23,472 bases of DNA from Candidatus Baldrarchaeum yapensis (GCA_016840465.1 JAEOSH010000032.1:1-23472), one strand, 5' to 3'. Positions 1-8,006 are shown, numbered from the stretch's first letter. Notes: generated from the letters alone by a model not told the origin. Translations and numbers: made by a program.

Positions 1-41
1 ATAGTGTTGCATTTGTTGCCCTCGTGCACCTTTGCAACCTC

Positions 42-55
42 AAAACCCTTATAAA
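42..55 (+). promoter_or_regulatory. Putative archaeal BRE/TATA promoter
   Basis: AAAACCC followed by TTATAAA (49-55). The expected start site about 25 nt downstream (76-78) coincides with the first base-paired segment of the GC-rich leader. Confidence 0.55.
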
Positions 56-75
56 GGACTTCTGTTGTGTTAAGC

Positions 76-250
76 GGGCTCCGCCCGGGATGTGGGAGGG
101 ACGGTGAGAGGGAGGGAAGCCCGAAAGGGCGGAGCGAAGGGTCAGATGGATGTACGGAGTACCGCTCCCCGCGAAAGCCCGTCGATGAACCCCGAGACGG
201 GAAGGCTCTCCGCCACGCACGCGTCAATTGCAACAAAAGTGGCGGAGAGT
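76..250 (+). ncRNA. Candidate structured 5' leader or small RNA of unknown family
   Basis: Several perfect stems: 78-86/127-135 (9 bp), GCCC-GAAA-GGGC 119-130, 131-136/163-168, 178-183/196-201 and 206-216/239-249 (11 bp). It lies between a TATA box and the first CDS. Confidence 0.4.
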
Positions 251-269
251 CAGAACGGTTGACAAATGA

Positions 270-566
270 GTGAAGTGCATAAGTGTGCATGAGGCATACG
301 TACTGATAAAGGTGTCACGGGACGCATTCGTACGTGGTGTCGTTAGTGAACTCAAAAAGCTCCCGCACGTTGAAAGGGCCGAAATCCTGTTCGGAGACTA
401 CGACATTATCGTGAAGATAAAGGCAGAAAAGCTCTATGACATCGAAAACCTCGTAGTCGATAAAATCTCGAGCATTGAGGGAATCCGAGAAACCATGACC
501 ATGTTCTGTGTCGATGAAAAGGTCCTGAGCGGGTGGGTGTTATGGAGATCGGTTATGTGTTCATGA
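270..566 (+). CDS. Stand-alone Lrp/AsnC ligand-binding (RAM) domain protein
   Basis: AYVLIKV...LFGDYDIIVKI...VVDKISSIEGIRET is a typical AsnC C-terminal domain, with no N-terminal HTH. The start may be GTG 285. Confidence 0.85.
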   Translation: MKCISVHEAYVLIKVSRDAFVRGVVSELKKLPHVERAEILFGDYDIIVKIKAEKLYDIENLVVDKISSIEGIRETMTMFCVDEKVLSGWVLWRSVMCS

Positions 567-785
567 ACGTGCAACCCGGAAAGAAGAAAGAGGCACTCGA
601 AAAGATAAAGAAGATCAATGGAGTCAAGGAGGCAAACGTCGTCCTAGGATTATTCGACATAATAGTGAGGATAGAGGAAAAACCATCGAAGACTTGAACG
701 AATATACTTCAATGAGATCGAAAAGATAGAGGGAATCACCAGCGCTCGCCTGCACATAGTGGCGTGCGAGAGAACAATAAAGTAG
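542..785 (+). pseudogene. Second stand-alone Lrp/AsnC RAM-domain gene, frameshifted (not in ORF track)
   Basis: SD-like GGGTGGGTG, then ATG 542: MEIGYVFMNVQPGKKKEALEKIKKINGVKEANVVLGLFDIIVRIEEK, stop 695-697. It continues as KTIEDL in the -1 frame and IYFNEIEKIEGITSARLHIVACERTIK* (TAG 783-785) in the next frame. Confidence 0.8.
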
Positions 786-790
786 GGTGC

Positions 791-1160
791 TCAGAAAGCC
801 CACCTTGCCACATCCGCCGCCGTTTCGGCCGATGCCAGGCTTCTTCATCACACCCTCCTAAATTATAATTTTTTGGCACTTAAAAGAACTTCTCATCAGG
901 GCAATAAATAACGATTTCCATAAACGACTGTGGCACCGCAAACGGTCGGCATATAATGCTGATCCACCACATATGTGTTTCTTCCGAATATGTTAAATAC
1001 GAGACCAGTAAAAGGGCCTTCTCCACAGCATCGAGACCGTGGAAGTTCGGCGAGAGAGTGGTATAAAGATTGTCGACTTATTAATGAGCTCTGTACTATT
1101 GTTAAAATACATTTTGCTAATCCAATACTGCGGATGCTGAAATCGTGTTCTATGTAATGA
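791..1160 (-). pseudogene. Degraded HEPN-domain gene remnant
   Basis: Minus frame 1044-973 reads FHGLDAVEKALLLVSYLTYSEETH, similar to the HEPN FHAQQAVEKALK...KTH motif. A C-terminal-like helix SLASAETAADVARWAF* ends at 791. The total span is about 120 codons, with stops and frameshifts. The 5' boundary is approximate. Confidence 0.4.
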
Positions 1161-1253
1161 TTCTGGGTTTCTCTTTGCACACCACAAAATAAAATAAAAT
1201 ATTTTCTTCACGCTATCTATTATTAAACCGACGCTCTGGAGGATGATTTCTTC

Positions 1254-2855
1254 ATGACCAGAAGTCTCCTTAACGCCAAATCAACGACGGGAACGAGAGT
1301 CAGAGTTCCTGACATTTCCCCGCTAAGCGGCATGTGTCCCCTTTGTATCGAAAACTGCCCCTTCTTATGTGAGATCGGCAAATCAGCATTCAGGGGTAGA
1401 GAGGTTCTGTACCCTGATCCCGAGTTATTCGGTAGAAGTACCGCCTCCGCAAATAAAGATTACGGACTTGATTGGTCACACCTGCAAATAATGCCCGAGC
1501 TCCGAGGAGCCAAGGGAATAGAGGAAGACCCCGACAAGGCCCTCTTCCCCTATGTCGATATCGAGACGAAGGTTGCGGGAATCCCCATGAAGATCCCGGT
1601 GTTCATAGCGGCCCTCGGATCAACCGCCGTCGCAAAGAGAAACTGGGATGGACTTGCGGTCGGAGCCGCAATTTCCGGAATAATCCAAGTGATTGGAGAG
1701 AACGTCTGCGGAATGGACCCTGAGGCGGAGTTCACAAACGGAAAGGTCACGCACTCCCCCGACATGGAGTACAGAGTTAAGAAGTATCGCGAGTTCTGGG
1801 ACGGAAAATACGGTGACATCGCGGTACAGACGAACGTCGAGGATCAGAGACTCGGTGTGGACATCTACGCGATCTCCAAGCTAGAAGTTAACATAATAGA
1901 GAGAAAGTGGGGCCAGGGAGCAAAGGCAATAGGAGGCGAGGTCAGGATACACGACCTTGACAAGGCAATAATGCTCAAGAAGCGCGGATACTTGGTGATA
2001 CCCGACCCCGAAGACCCAGCAGTACAGGAGGCTTTCAGGAGCGGGATAATTAAGTCCTTCGAGAGGCACAGCAGGGTGGGGATGCCGAGGCTTAGAGACT
2101 TCGTCGAGGACGTGGAATGGCTTAGGGAACAGGGCGCCAAGAAAGTCTTCCTCAAAATGGGATCTTACAGACCTGCCGTTATAGCATGGTCGCTTAAAGT
2201 TGCATCCGAGGCGAAAGTTGATCACGTGACATTTGACGGCGCCGGTGGAGGAACAGGAATGAGTCCTGTGCCAATGATGGACGAATCGGGCGTCCCAACG
2301 GTCTATCTGGAGGCATTCGTGCTTAAATGCCTGCAAATACTGAAGAAGCACAGGAAACACGTACCCGATGTTTCAATGGCTGGGGGATTCATAAATGAAA
2401 CCCAGATATTCAAGGCAATTGCAATGAGCAACTTCGGAGATGGGCCCTTTGTAAAGGCAGTCGCTATCGCGAGAGCTGCCTTGACCGCCGTGATGAAGGC
2501 GAAGTTCTTCTACGAGCTGGCGAAGGAAAACAAGCTTCCGAAGGAGTTTGCAAGGCTCTACGGCACCGATCCCGAAAAGTTCTTCGTCACAGTGCCTGAG
2601 TTGAAGGCAAGATTCGGAGAGGACTTCTATAAGATACCTCCGGGCGCAATAGGACTGTACACTTACCTCGTCGACAGGGTCGGCACTGGGCTGAAGCAGC
2701 TGATCGCAGGCGTGAGGAAGTGGAGATTAAATCTCATAGATAGAGGAGATCTCGCGTCGTTGACAGAACGCTGCGCCAAGGTTACCGGTATTCCGCTGCT
2801 TGAGGACCTTGCCGAGCACGAGATGGAAGGCATACTCCTTGACTGGTACTACTAA
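1254..2855 (+). CDS. FMN-binding glutamate synthase family protein (stand-alone GltB domain-2-like)
   Basis: KWGQGAKAIGGE, FDGAGGGTGMSP and MAGG FMN-barrel motifs; N-terminal C28-x2-C31-x3-C35-x3-C39; SD GGAGGA upstream. Confidence 0.88.
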   Translation: MTRSLLNAKSTTGTRVRVPDISPLSGMCPLCIENCPFLCEIGKSAFRGREVLYPDPELFGRSTASANKDYGLDWSHLQIMPELRGAKGIEEDPDKALFPYVDIETKVAGIPMKIPVFIAALGSTAVAKRNWDGLAVGAAISGIIQVIGENVCGMDPEAEFTNGKVTHSPDMEYRVKKYREFWDGKYGDIAVQTNVEDQRLGVDIYAISKLEVNIIERKWGQGAKAIGGEVRIHDLDKAIMLKKRGYLVIPDPEDPAVQEAFRSGIIKSFERHSRVGMPRLRDFVEDVEWLREQGAKKVFLKMGSYRPAVIAWSLKVASEAKVDHVTFDGAGGGTGMSPVPMMDESGVPTVYLEAFVLKCLQILKKHRKHVPDVSMAGGFINETQIFKAIAMSNFGDGPFVKAVAIARAALTAVMKAKFFYELAKENKLPKEFARLYGTDPEKFFVTVPELKARFGEDFYKIPPGAIGLYTYLVDRVGTGLKQLIAGVRKWRLNLIDRGDLASLTERCAKVTGIPLLEDLAEHEMEGILLDWYY

Positions 2856-2857
2856 CC

Positions 2858-2892
2858 TGATTGTTTTATTTTCACTTCTCTGTTTTTATTCG
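2858..2892 (+). terminator. Putative T-rich archaeal terminator
   Basis: TTGTTTTATTTTCACTTCTCTGTTTTTATT immediately follows the stop codon of the glutamate synthase family gene. Confidence 0.4.
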
Positions 2893-2901
2893 GTGCTTAA
2901 A

Positions 2902-3243
2902 ATGTGCAGTCGGGACCCCGTTCTCATTTTTAGAAATAGAGATGTGAGAAGAGTGATCGCCGGAATTCCCCGTGGGCACGCACACCTCAGGGTCGTCATA
3001 GAAACCGAGCAGGGAACTTTCGTGTTCCAAGAGGCAACCGTGGCGGCACTTGTGCGTGCATATGTCTCCGTAAAAACCCATCCCTCGCGCAGAGCAATTG
3101 AACTTCGCAGAGTTTTCCTAGAAGATGAGCGTAGAAAGAGGGGATACGCGGAGTTCCAACTTCTAGAGAGTGACAAGCCTGAAAATAAGGTTCTAGAGGA
3201 TCTGGAGAGAATTTTAGAGAGCGCAAGTGCGCCCGACGCATGA
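2902..3243 (+). CDS. Conserved hypothetical protein (about 113 aa)
   Basis: The start is reassigned to ATG 2902. Motifs GHAHLR, FQEAT, AYVSVKTHP and RKRGYAEFQLLE resemble an uncharacterised family I recall from thermophiles. Confidence 0.75.
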   Translation: MCSRDPVLIFRNRDVRRVIAGIPRGHAHLRVVIETEQGTFVFQEATVAALVRAYVSVKTHPSRRAIELRRVFLEDERRKRGYAEFQLLESDKPENKVLEDLERILESASAPDA

Positions 3244-3298
3244 CTTTATTATCGGGATCAGCAATTTCAAATTGAGCCGGTGCGAAGTATAAATCGCG

Positions 3299-4573
3299 GT
3301 GGTGATGCAAGTGAGTACCTCAAAAGCGTTGCAGGGATACTTTCAATTCCATGACAGATTACGCGGCGTGCTGACGGACACAAAGTGGACATTCTTCGGC
3401 GTGATATCTTATGACTACGTACTCTTCTCAAACGACATACTGATACTCCCCGAGAACGTGTGCATCGCGTTTGCAAAACTACTATCTGATATGGGGCATA
3501 ACGCGCTCGTGCTATTAAATATGGAGAGAGGGGGGCCTCTCTCCCTCTCCACCCCCGACGGTTTTTCAACATTCAGAAAACTGACGGAAAGTCTGGAGAG
3601 AACGCGTGTGCTATACTTCGGAGCGAGGGAAGAGACCCCCTGGGATAGGATAAAGGTTCCCTTAGAGTCGTTCAACAGGGTGGCGCCGACCGTTGCTAAA
3701 ATTCTATCCGCGCTTTCGAAAAAGTACGACTCCATTTCCCCGAAGAAGATTAGGAGGAGGGACGTTGACTCCCTCAGTCGGACCATTTCGGCAATACTAG
3801 GACCCCCCTCGCTCGGCAGGTACCTCATACTCAGGGCAAAGAAATATATCGAGGAACAGGGAGGCGGAACAAAGTTCGTATCCGGCCTTTTGAGCCTCAC
3901 AAGGCTGGCGGAGGTCTTCCTCTCCGGAGTACGTGGGTTCATCAACGGAGTAAAGCTATACATGAGAAACGAAGAGTACAAGCGGGCGCTCAGGGAGGAG
4001 CAGAAGAAGGTGAACCAGATATACTCCAAGGACATCCTATCGAGAATTTTCGGGGAGGAGAGTCCGGAATTTGAAGAGGGCGTGTACGTAGTAATCTCCG
4101 ATTGCTTCAGCAGACACTATGGGTTCTTCCTGCCCGCCCTGATAGATGAGTACCTAAACCGCCTAGAGAACGGGGTCCTGGTGCTCGGCGATCTTCCGGG
4201 ACCCGAGGACTACGACGCGTTTGCGAAGTGGCTCATCTCCCTACCCGAGAAGTACGAGTGCAAGGTGGTCGCGTGTGTGCCCTCCGCAAAGCTTCCAAAC
4301 ACCGATGCTTACGTCGACCTCATGAGGAGGCTGGTCATGGAAAAATCCCTGATATTCGATATAAAATCCGAGTTCTTCCATACACTACACGAGAGAGAAA
4401 GCATTGTCGTATACGCGTGGCTGTATGAGAAGTTTGGGCAGATAGAGGAAAACAGACGGCAGGGCGAAGGGCTAATAATACATCATGACGTTTACCGCGA
4501 AATAGACTGGGAACTCCTGTCACTTAAGCGAGGAAGACTGGAAAAGTTGGTAAGCAGGCTACTAAAGCGGTAG
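3299..4573 (+). CDS. Hypothetical protein, degenerate HerA/FtsK-like fold; paralogue of 4580-5905
   Basis: Long ORF with colinear similarity to the convergent neighbour (for example EEYKR...S.D.LSR...E). No intact Walker A or B. Confidence 0.75.
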   Translation: MVMQVSTSKALQGYFQFHDRLRGVLTDTKWTFFGVISYDYVLFSNDILILPENVCIAFAKLLSDMGHNALVLLNMERGGPLSLSTPDGFSTFRKLTESLERTRVLYFGAREETPWDRIKVPLESFNRVAPTVAKILSALSKKYDSISPKKIRRRDVDSLSRTISAILGPPSLGRYLILRAKKYIEEQGGGTKFVSGLLSLTRLAEVFLSGVRGFINGVKLYMRNEEYKRALREEQKKVNQIYSKDILSRIFGEESPEFEEGVYVVISDCFSRHYGFFLPALIDEYLNRLENGVLVLGDLPGPEDYDAFAKWLISLPEKYECKVVACVPSAKLPNTDAYVDLMRRLVMEKSLIFDIKSEFFHTLHERESIVVYAWLYEKFGQIEENRRQGEGLIIHHDVYREIDWELLSLKRGRLEKLVSRLLKR

Positions 4574-4579
4574 CCGCAC

Positions 4580-5905
4580 TTATCTGAAGAACCACTTTAT
4601 CTTATGCTTAATCTTCACCAGAAGCTTGGGCTTGACAAACTGCCACCTTTTTTCCGAGCACGCGTCGAACAGTATGAACGCCACCTCGCCGTTATCCAGC
4701 AATTGCCTCACCTGTCTGAATTGCCTCACAACCCATGCCTCCTCGGTTATCGACCTCCCCTCAAACACCCGCCGTATGAACCTTGAATCCGCATTGAAGA
4801 AGAGCGCGTACTCGCTCACCAGCAGGTCGAATAGTTCCAGAAACCAGGAAGAGAATTCACCAAACGTGGGAATCATGCTCATAAGCCTTAAGCCGTCCGC
4901 CTCTATCATGCTCTTCAGCAGGTCGAGGAAATCACGGTACCTGTCCAGCCTGGTGATGGAATCGACTATGAAGAGAACGTTCGGGTTTTCGGACATTATC
5001 TCGCGTATCAGTATCGGTATGAACAGGCTCTGCACGTTCTTGAAGTTCTCACATAATATCACAGCTAGGTTCTTCCTCCTGAGGCATTCCATAACTTCAC
5101 CGAGATTTCCATCCTCACTTATGAGTCTCGAAAGCGCATCCGGAGAAAAAAGACGCTTTATATTGTTCTCCCACTCCTTGATGTACCTCTTGTACTCCTC
5201 CGGCTTCTCCTTGGTCAGAATCTTCAGAAACTGGAAAGCGTAGCCCAATCCCTTGCTGAACGCCACGCTTGGATTGAAAATCACCGTGAGCGACGAGAGT
5301 ATGTGACCGCCTATCCTCTCGGGGGTTACCGATGCAAACTCCTTCTTTAACTCCTCGATCAGGGTTGGCGGCCTGAAAACATCTATCAGGAAGTTTGAAA
5401 GCGATACTATGTCACCGATGCCCTCAACATCCCTCTTCTCCACGGTTCTGGGAATCGGTATGGCGTACTTCAGAAGAGACGAAAGAAACTCATAATCCAG
5501 AACGGCACGTAGTGGCAGTTGAAGGAATGGAATCGAGGTCCTCTCCGCAACCCCGGTAACGTCGCTACCGAAGAAGAAAACAACATCCCGCATCCCGAGC
5601 ATCCTAAACAGGTCCTGATAAAACTCCGGGATCGACGCCACCGAGTACTGGTGCTCACGCGACGCATCTAGGAGAAGAACGGTCTTCATCTTCCTCCTCG
5701 GTACGTGCTCCGCCATCGATATGAGGAAAAACTCCGGAGTTATTATCCAGTTCTCCCCCTCTATGCACCGCTCGTCATAAGTGACAATGCTCAGGCACCT
5801 CCACCGCGGCCTGCGCCCCAGTATGCTATCCACGGTGACCGATACCGCGCGGTATCCCTGTATCAGCAGGTTCCGTTGCCTCTCACCAAGTGGTTGCTCA
5901 CTCAT
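4580..5905 (-). CDS. Hypothetical protein, degenerate HerA/FtsK-like P-loop fold
   Basis: RNLLIQGYRAVSVT occupies the RHxLIxGxTGSGKT position and VLFIVDSITRL the Walker B position (DE replaced by DS). SD GAGGT lies upstream. Confidence 0.75.
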   Translation of the reverse strand: MSEQPLGERQRNLLIQGYRAVSVTVDSILGRRPRWRCLSIVTYDERCIEGENWIITPEFFLISMAEHVPRRKMKTVLLLDASREHQYSVASIPEFYQDLFRMLGMRDVVFFFGSDVTGVAERTSIPFLQLPLRAVLDYEFLSSLLKYAIPIPRTVEKRDVEGIGDIVSLSNFLIDVFRPPTLIEELKKEFASVTPERIGGHILSSLTVIFNPSVAFSKGLGYAFQFLKILTKEKPEEYKRYIKEWENNIKRLFSPDALSRLISEDGNLGEVMECLRRKNLAVILCENFKNVQSLFIPILIREIMSENPNVLFIVDSITRLDRYRDFLDLLKSMIEADGLRLMSMIPTFGEFSSWFLELFDLLVSEYALFFNADSRFIRRVFEGRSITEEAWVVRQFRQVRQLLDNGEVAFILFDACSEKRWQFVKPKLLVKIKHKIKWFFR

Positions 5906-5956
5906 TTCCGAACCTCAAAAAAGATAAGGACTTCTTCCCCTTAAAAACTAACACAT

Positions 5957-7141
5957 TCACGCCTCGTGCACGAAACTCCATTTATCTCGCTCACTGTAAA
6001 TCTTGCGGAGTATCTCTAGGGCCAACTCCTCCGGCAAACTCAGAAATAAACGCGCCAGATGCTTGCAAAACCTTCTCTCCACCGCGGTCCGCGACCAGTC
6101 AGCGCAGTTATGCACTATTCTCCTCTCCTTAACGTCCACAATTATCTTGTAGTCCCTGATCTGCGCCTTCACCATATCCCTGTCCGCCCTCAAAATGTTA
6201 ATATCCCTGTCGCTTATCCTACGTGCCCTCGCAAGTCTCTTCCAGTCGATGAAACTCGAAAGTAGGGACTCCAGGTTCGCGGGAACCACCTCTCCCGTAA
6301 CTGTCATCTGAACGGGCGCCTCCTCTCTACAGCCCGCCACTCCCTTCTCCATCGTTTCCAGCATCCTCCTCTCAACTTCCGCCTGGTATCCATTCTGCAT
6401 ACCAAGCAAACGGAGAAGTTGAAGCGCGTTCAGCGCCGCATAACCGTAGAAGTGATTGTTAAACAGGCAGTAAAGCTCCGCAACCCTCGACATCAGGTCT
6501 CTGACCCTCGGAACCCACTCTTGCAACTCCTCTTCCTTATAACGATAATTGTACCACGGGTGCCTCCCGCGGCCATGCCACCTTATATAAGCGATGTCCG
6601 ACGTCACCTCTATGATCGCTGGTAGGAGGGGCTCATCCACAATCACGTACGCCACCCCGTAGTCTCTCAGCAGATCAAATACCTCCCCACAGAGCCAAGA
6701 CTCCTCCCGAAACTCCACGGCGTACTCAAAGCCGGAGGGGAGAATTTCGAAGAACTTCTTGAGCAGGGGGGCGCTCTTCCTCAGAGAGGGGGGTAACTGC
6801 AAAAGTAGGGGTCCCAACTTCCCATCATCACGAAGCGGTCTCATCAATTCTATGAATTTCTCGAGAGACCTTCTGTTCTCCACGCTCGCCTCGAGTTTCC
6901 TCTTATGGGTTATTTCCCTTGGCACCTTGGCGGTGAATTTGAACCCCGCGGGCGCGCTGCGCTGCCACCCTCTCACCAGCGCTGCGGTCGGGTAGCTGTA
7001 GAACGTCGAGTTTATCTCAGTTGTGTTGAAAACCTTCGTGTAGAAGGAGAACATGCGGTCCTCGGACGGGTAAAATATCCCGACCCACTCCTTGTATGAC
7101 CATCCGCTCGTTCCGACCCGTATCGCACCACTCAACTGCAC
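5957..7141 (-). CDS. DUF72 (YecE-like TIM barrel) protein fused to a C-terminal SWIM-like zinc finger
   Basis: IRVGTSGWSY, TTEINSTFY, GPLLLQLPPS, AVEFRE, YIRWHG and LFNNHF are DUF72 motifs. The C-terminus has HNC-x12-CKH. The start is probably GTG 7141 or TTG 7135, not 7222. Confidence 0.88.
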   Translation of the reverse strand: MQLSGAIRVGTSGWSYKEWVGIFYPSEDRMFSFYTKVFNTTEINSTFYSYPTAALVRGWQRSAPAGFKFTAKVPREITHKRKLEASVENRRSLEKFIELMRPLRDDGKLGPLLLQLPPSLRKSAPLLKKFFEILPSGFEYAVEFREESWLCGEVFDLLRDYGVAYVIVDEPLLPAIIEVTSDIAYIRWHGRGRHPWYNYRYKEEELQEWVPRVRDLMSRVAELYCLFNNHFYGYAALNALQLLRLLGMQNGYQAEVERRMLETMEKGVAGCREEAPVQMTVTGEVVPANLESLLSSFIDWKRLARARRISDRDINILRADRDMVKAQIRDYKIIVDVKERRIVHNCADWSRTAVERRFCKHLARLFLSLPEELALEILRKIYSERDKWSFVHEA

Positions 7142-7280
7142 GCACCAAAATGGAAGTCTTTTCCGTAAATTGAGTATTGGGGTTGAGAAATTAAACAATT
7201 GGGTCTCAACATCGTAATACAAAAATACTCATTAGCATCTAGGGGAATGCCAGTACGAACCCGTGCCGGGAGGTAAAAGG

Positions 7281-7631
7281 ATGAAGGCATGGGAAATAAG
7301 CGAACTCCTTAAGGAGCAGGGCTACCGGTTGCTCGATATTTACAGGACGAAAAACGCGGACATACTGAGGGTGCAGAATATCTCCACCGGTGAGGTCTTT
7401 AAGGTGCGAATTTCGGGCTTTAAGGAATCGGTAACCCCTGATCAACTGCTGGAACTCCTCAAAAAGCAGAGGATAAAATTGGAGGACGACAAGAAGGCGT
7501 GGCTCGAGAGAATTAAGAAAAAGATGAAAAAGGTCAGAATAGTCGGAAGGAAAGAAGAAAGGAAGAAGGAGGAAAAAGCGGAAGAGGTTGAGAGGAAAGA
7601 GGAGGAAAAAGAGGCGGGCGAGGAATCATAG
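7281..7631 (+). CDS. Hypothetical protein with a Lys/Glu-rich tail
   Basis: SD GGAGGT lies 7 nt before ATG 7281; a compact N-terminal domain is followed by a highly charged low-complexity tail. Confidence 0.7.
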   Translation: MKAWEISELLKEQGYRLLDIYRTKNADILRVQNISTGEVFKVRISGFKESVTPDQLLELLKKQRIKLEDDKKAWLERIKKKMKKVRIVGRKEERKKEEKAEEVERKEEEKEAGEES

Positions 7632-8006
7632 CCACGCGTCTATCACATTTATCGGAACTGCGCGCAACACTATGGCGTACTCCCCATTGCTTATCGCAAC
7701 GCGGTTTCCATGGCCAAGAACCCAGAAAATGTTTCTCCCGAGAACCTTTTCCGCCCTCCTCACAAGATCGTACCCCACCGCGAGCCCATCCCTCAGCAGA
7801 ACAACATACTCCTTTCCGTCAATCTTAACCCTCGCGCTTTCACCTCTCCCCACAAACCTGATTCCCCCGCGCTTCAGCAATGCGACAACCTCCTTATGAG
7901 GCATTAATATGGCGTCTTCTCGAAGTGAGTAGATCCCGCCGTTTGCGCATTTCACCGGCGCGAATATTCTTCGAAACCTCTCAACACACCTGATATTCTC
8001 TCGCAT
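7626..8006 (-). CDS. Hypothetical protein, last gene of the minus-strand chain
   Basis: ATG 8006 overlaps the upstream stop (TGATG); 126 aa ORF with no recognised family. Confidence 0.65.
   Translation of the reverse strand: MRENIRCVERFRRIFAPVKCANGGIYSLREDAILMPHKEVVALLKRGGIRFVGRGESARVKIDGKEYVVLLRDGLAVGYDLVRRAEKVLGRNIFWVLGHGNRVAISNGEYAIVLRAVPINVIDAWL

Noticed and set aside
100-256. Assignment of the leader to the cobalamin, c-di-AMP or SAM-I riboswitch families
   Set aside because: Only short words match (AGGGAA, GGGAAGGC, AGTCAG, CCCGTC..AACCCCG). The core consensus elements and their spacing are missing.
67-273. 68-aa ORF over the leader region
   Set aside because: TTG start upstream of the predicted transcription start, G/R/E-biased composition explained by the GC-rich stems, and no recognisable domain.
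624-851. Minus-strand 75-aa ORF with an apparent GGAGGG SD
   Set aside because: It runs antisense through the second Lrp gene, and its 5' part is better explained as the end of the HEPN remnant in another frame.
896-1211. ORFs 896-1180, 975-1157 and 993-1211 as real genes
   Set aside because: They are mutually overlapping with no coherent domain; the HEPN-like fragments are spread across frames.
2800-2901. N-terminal extension of the 147-aa ORF
   Set aside because: It overlaps the upstream gene and crosses a T-rich terminator-like tract; ATG 2902 is more plausible.
7540-7625. Purine-rich repetitive tract as a repeat element
   Set aside because: It is simply the coding sequence of a Lys/Glu-rich tail, with no regular unit or spacers.
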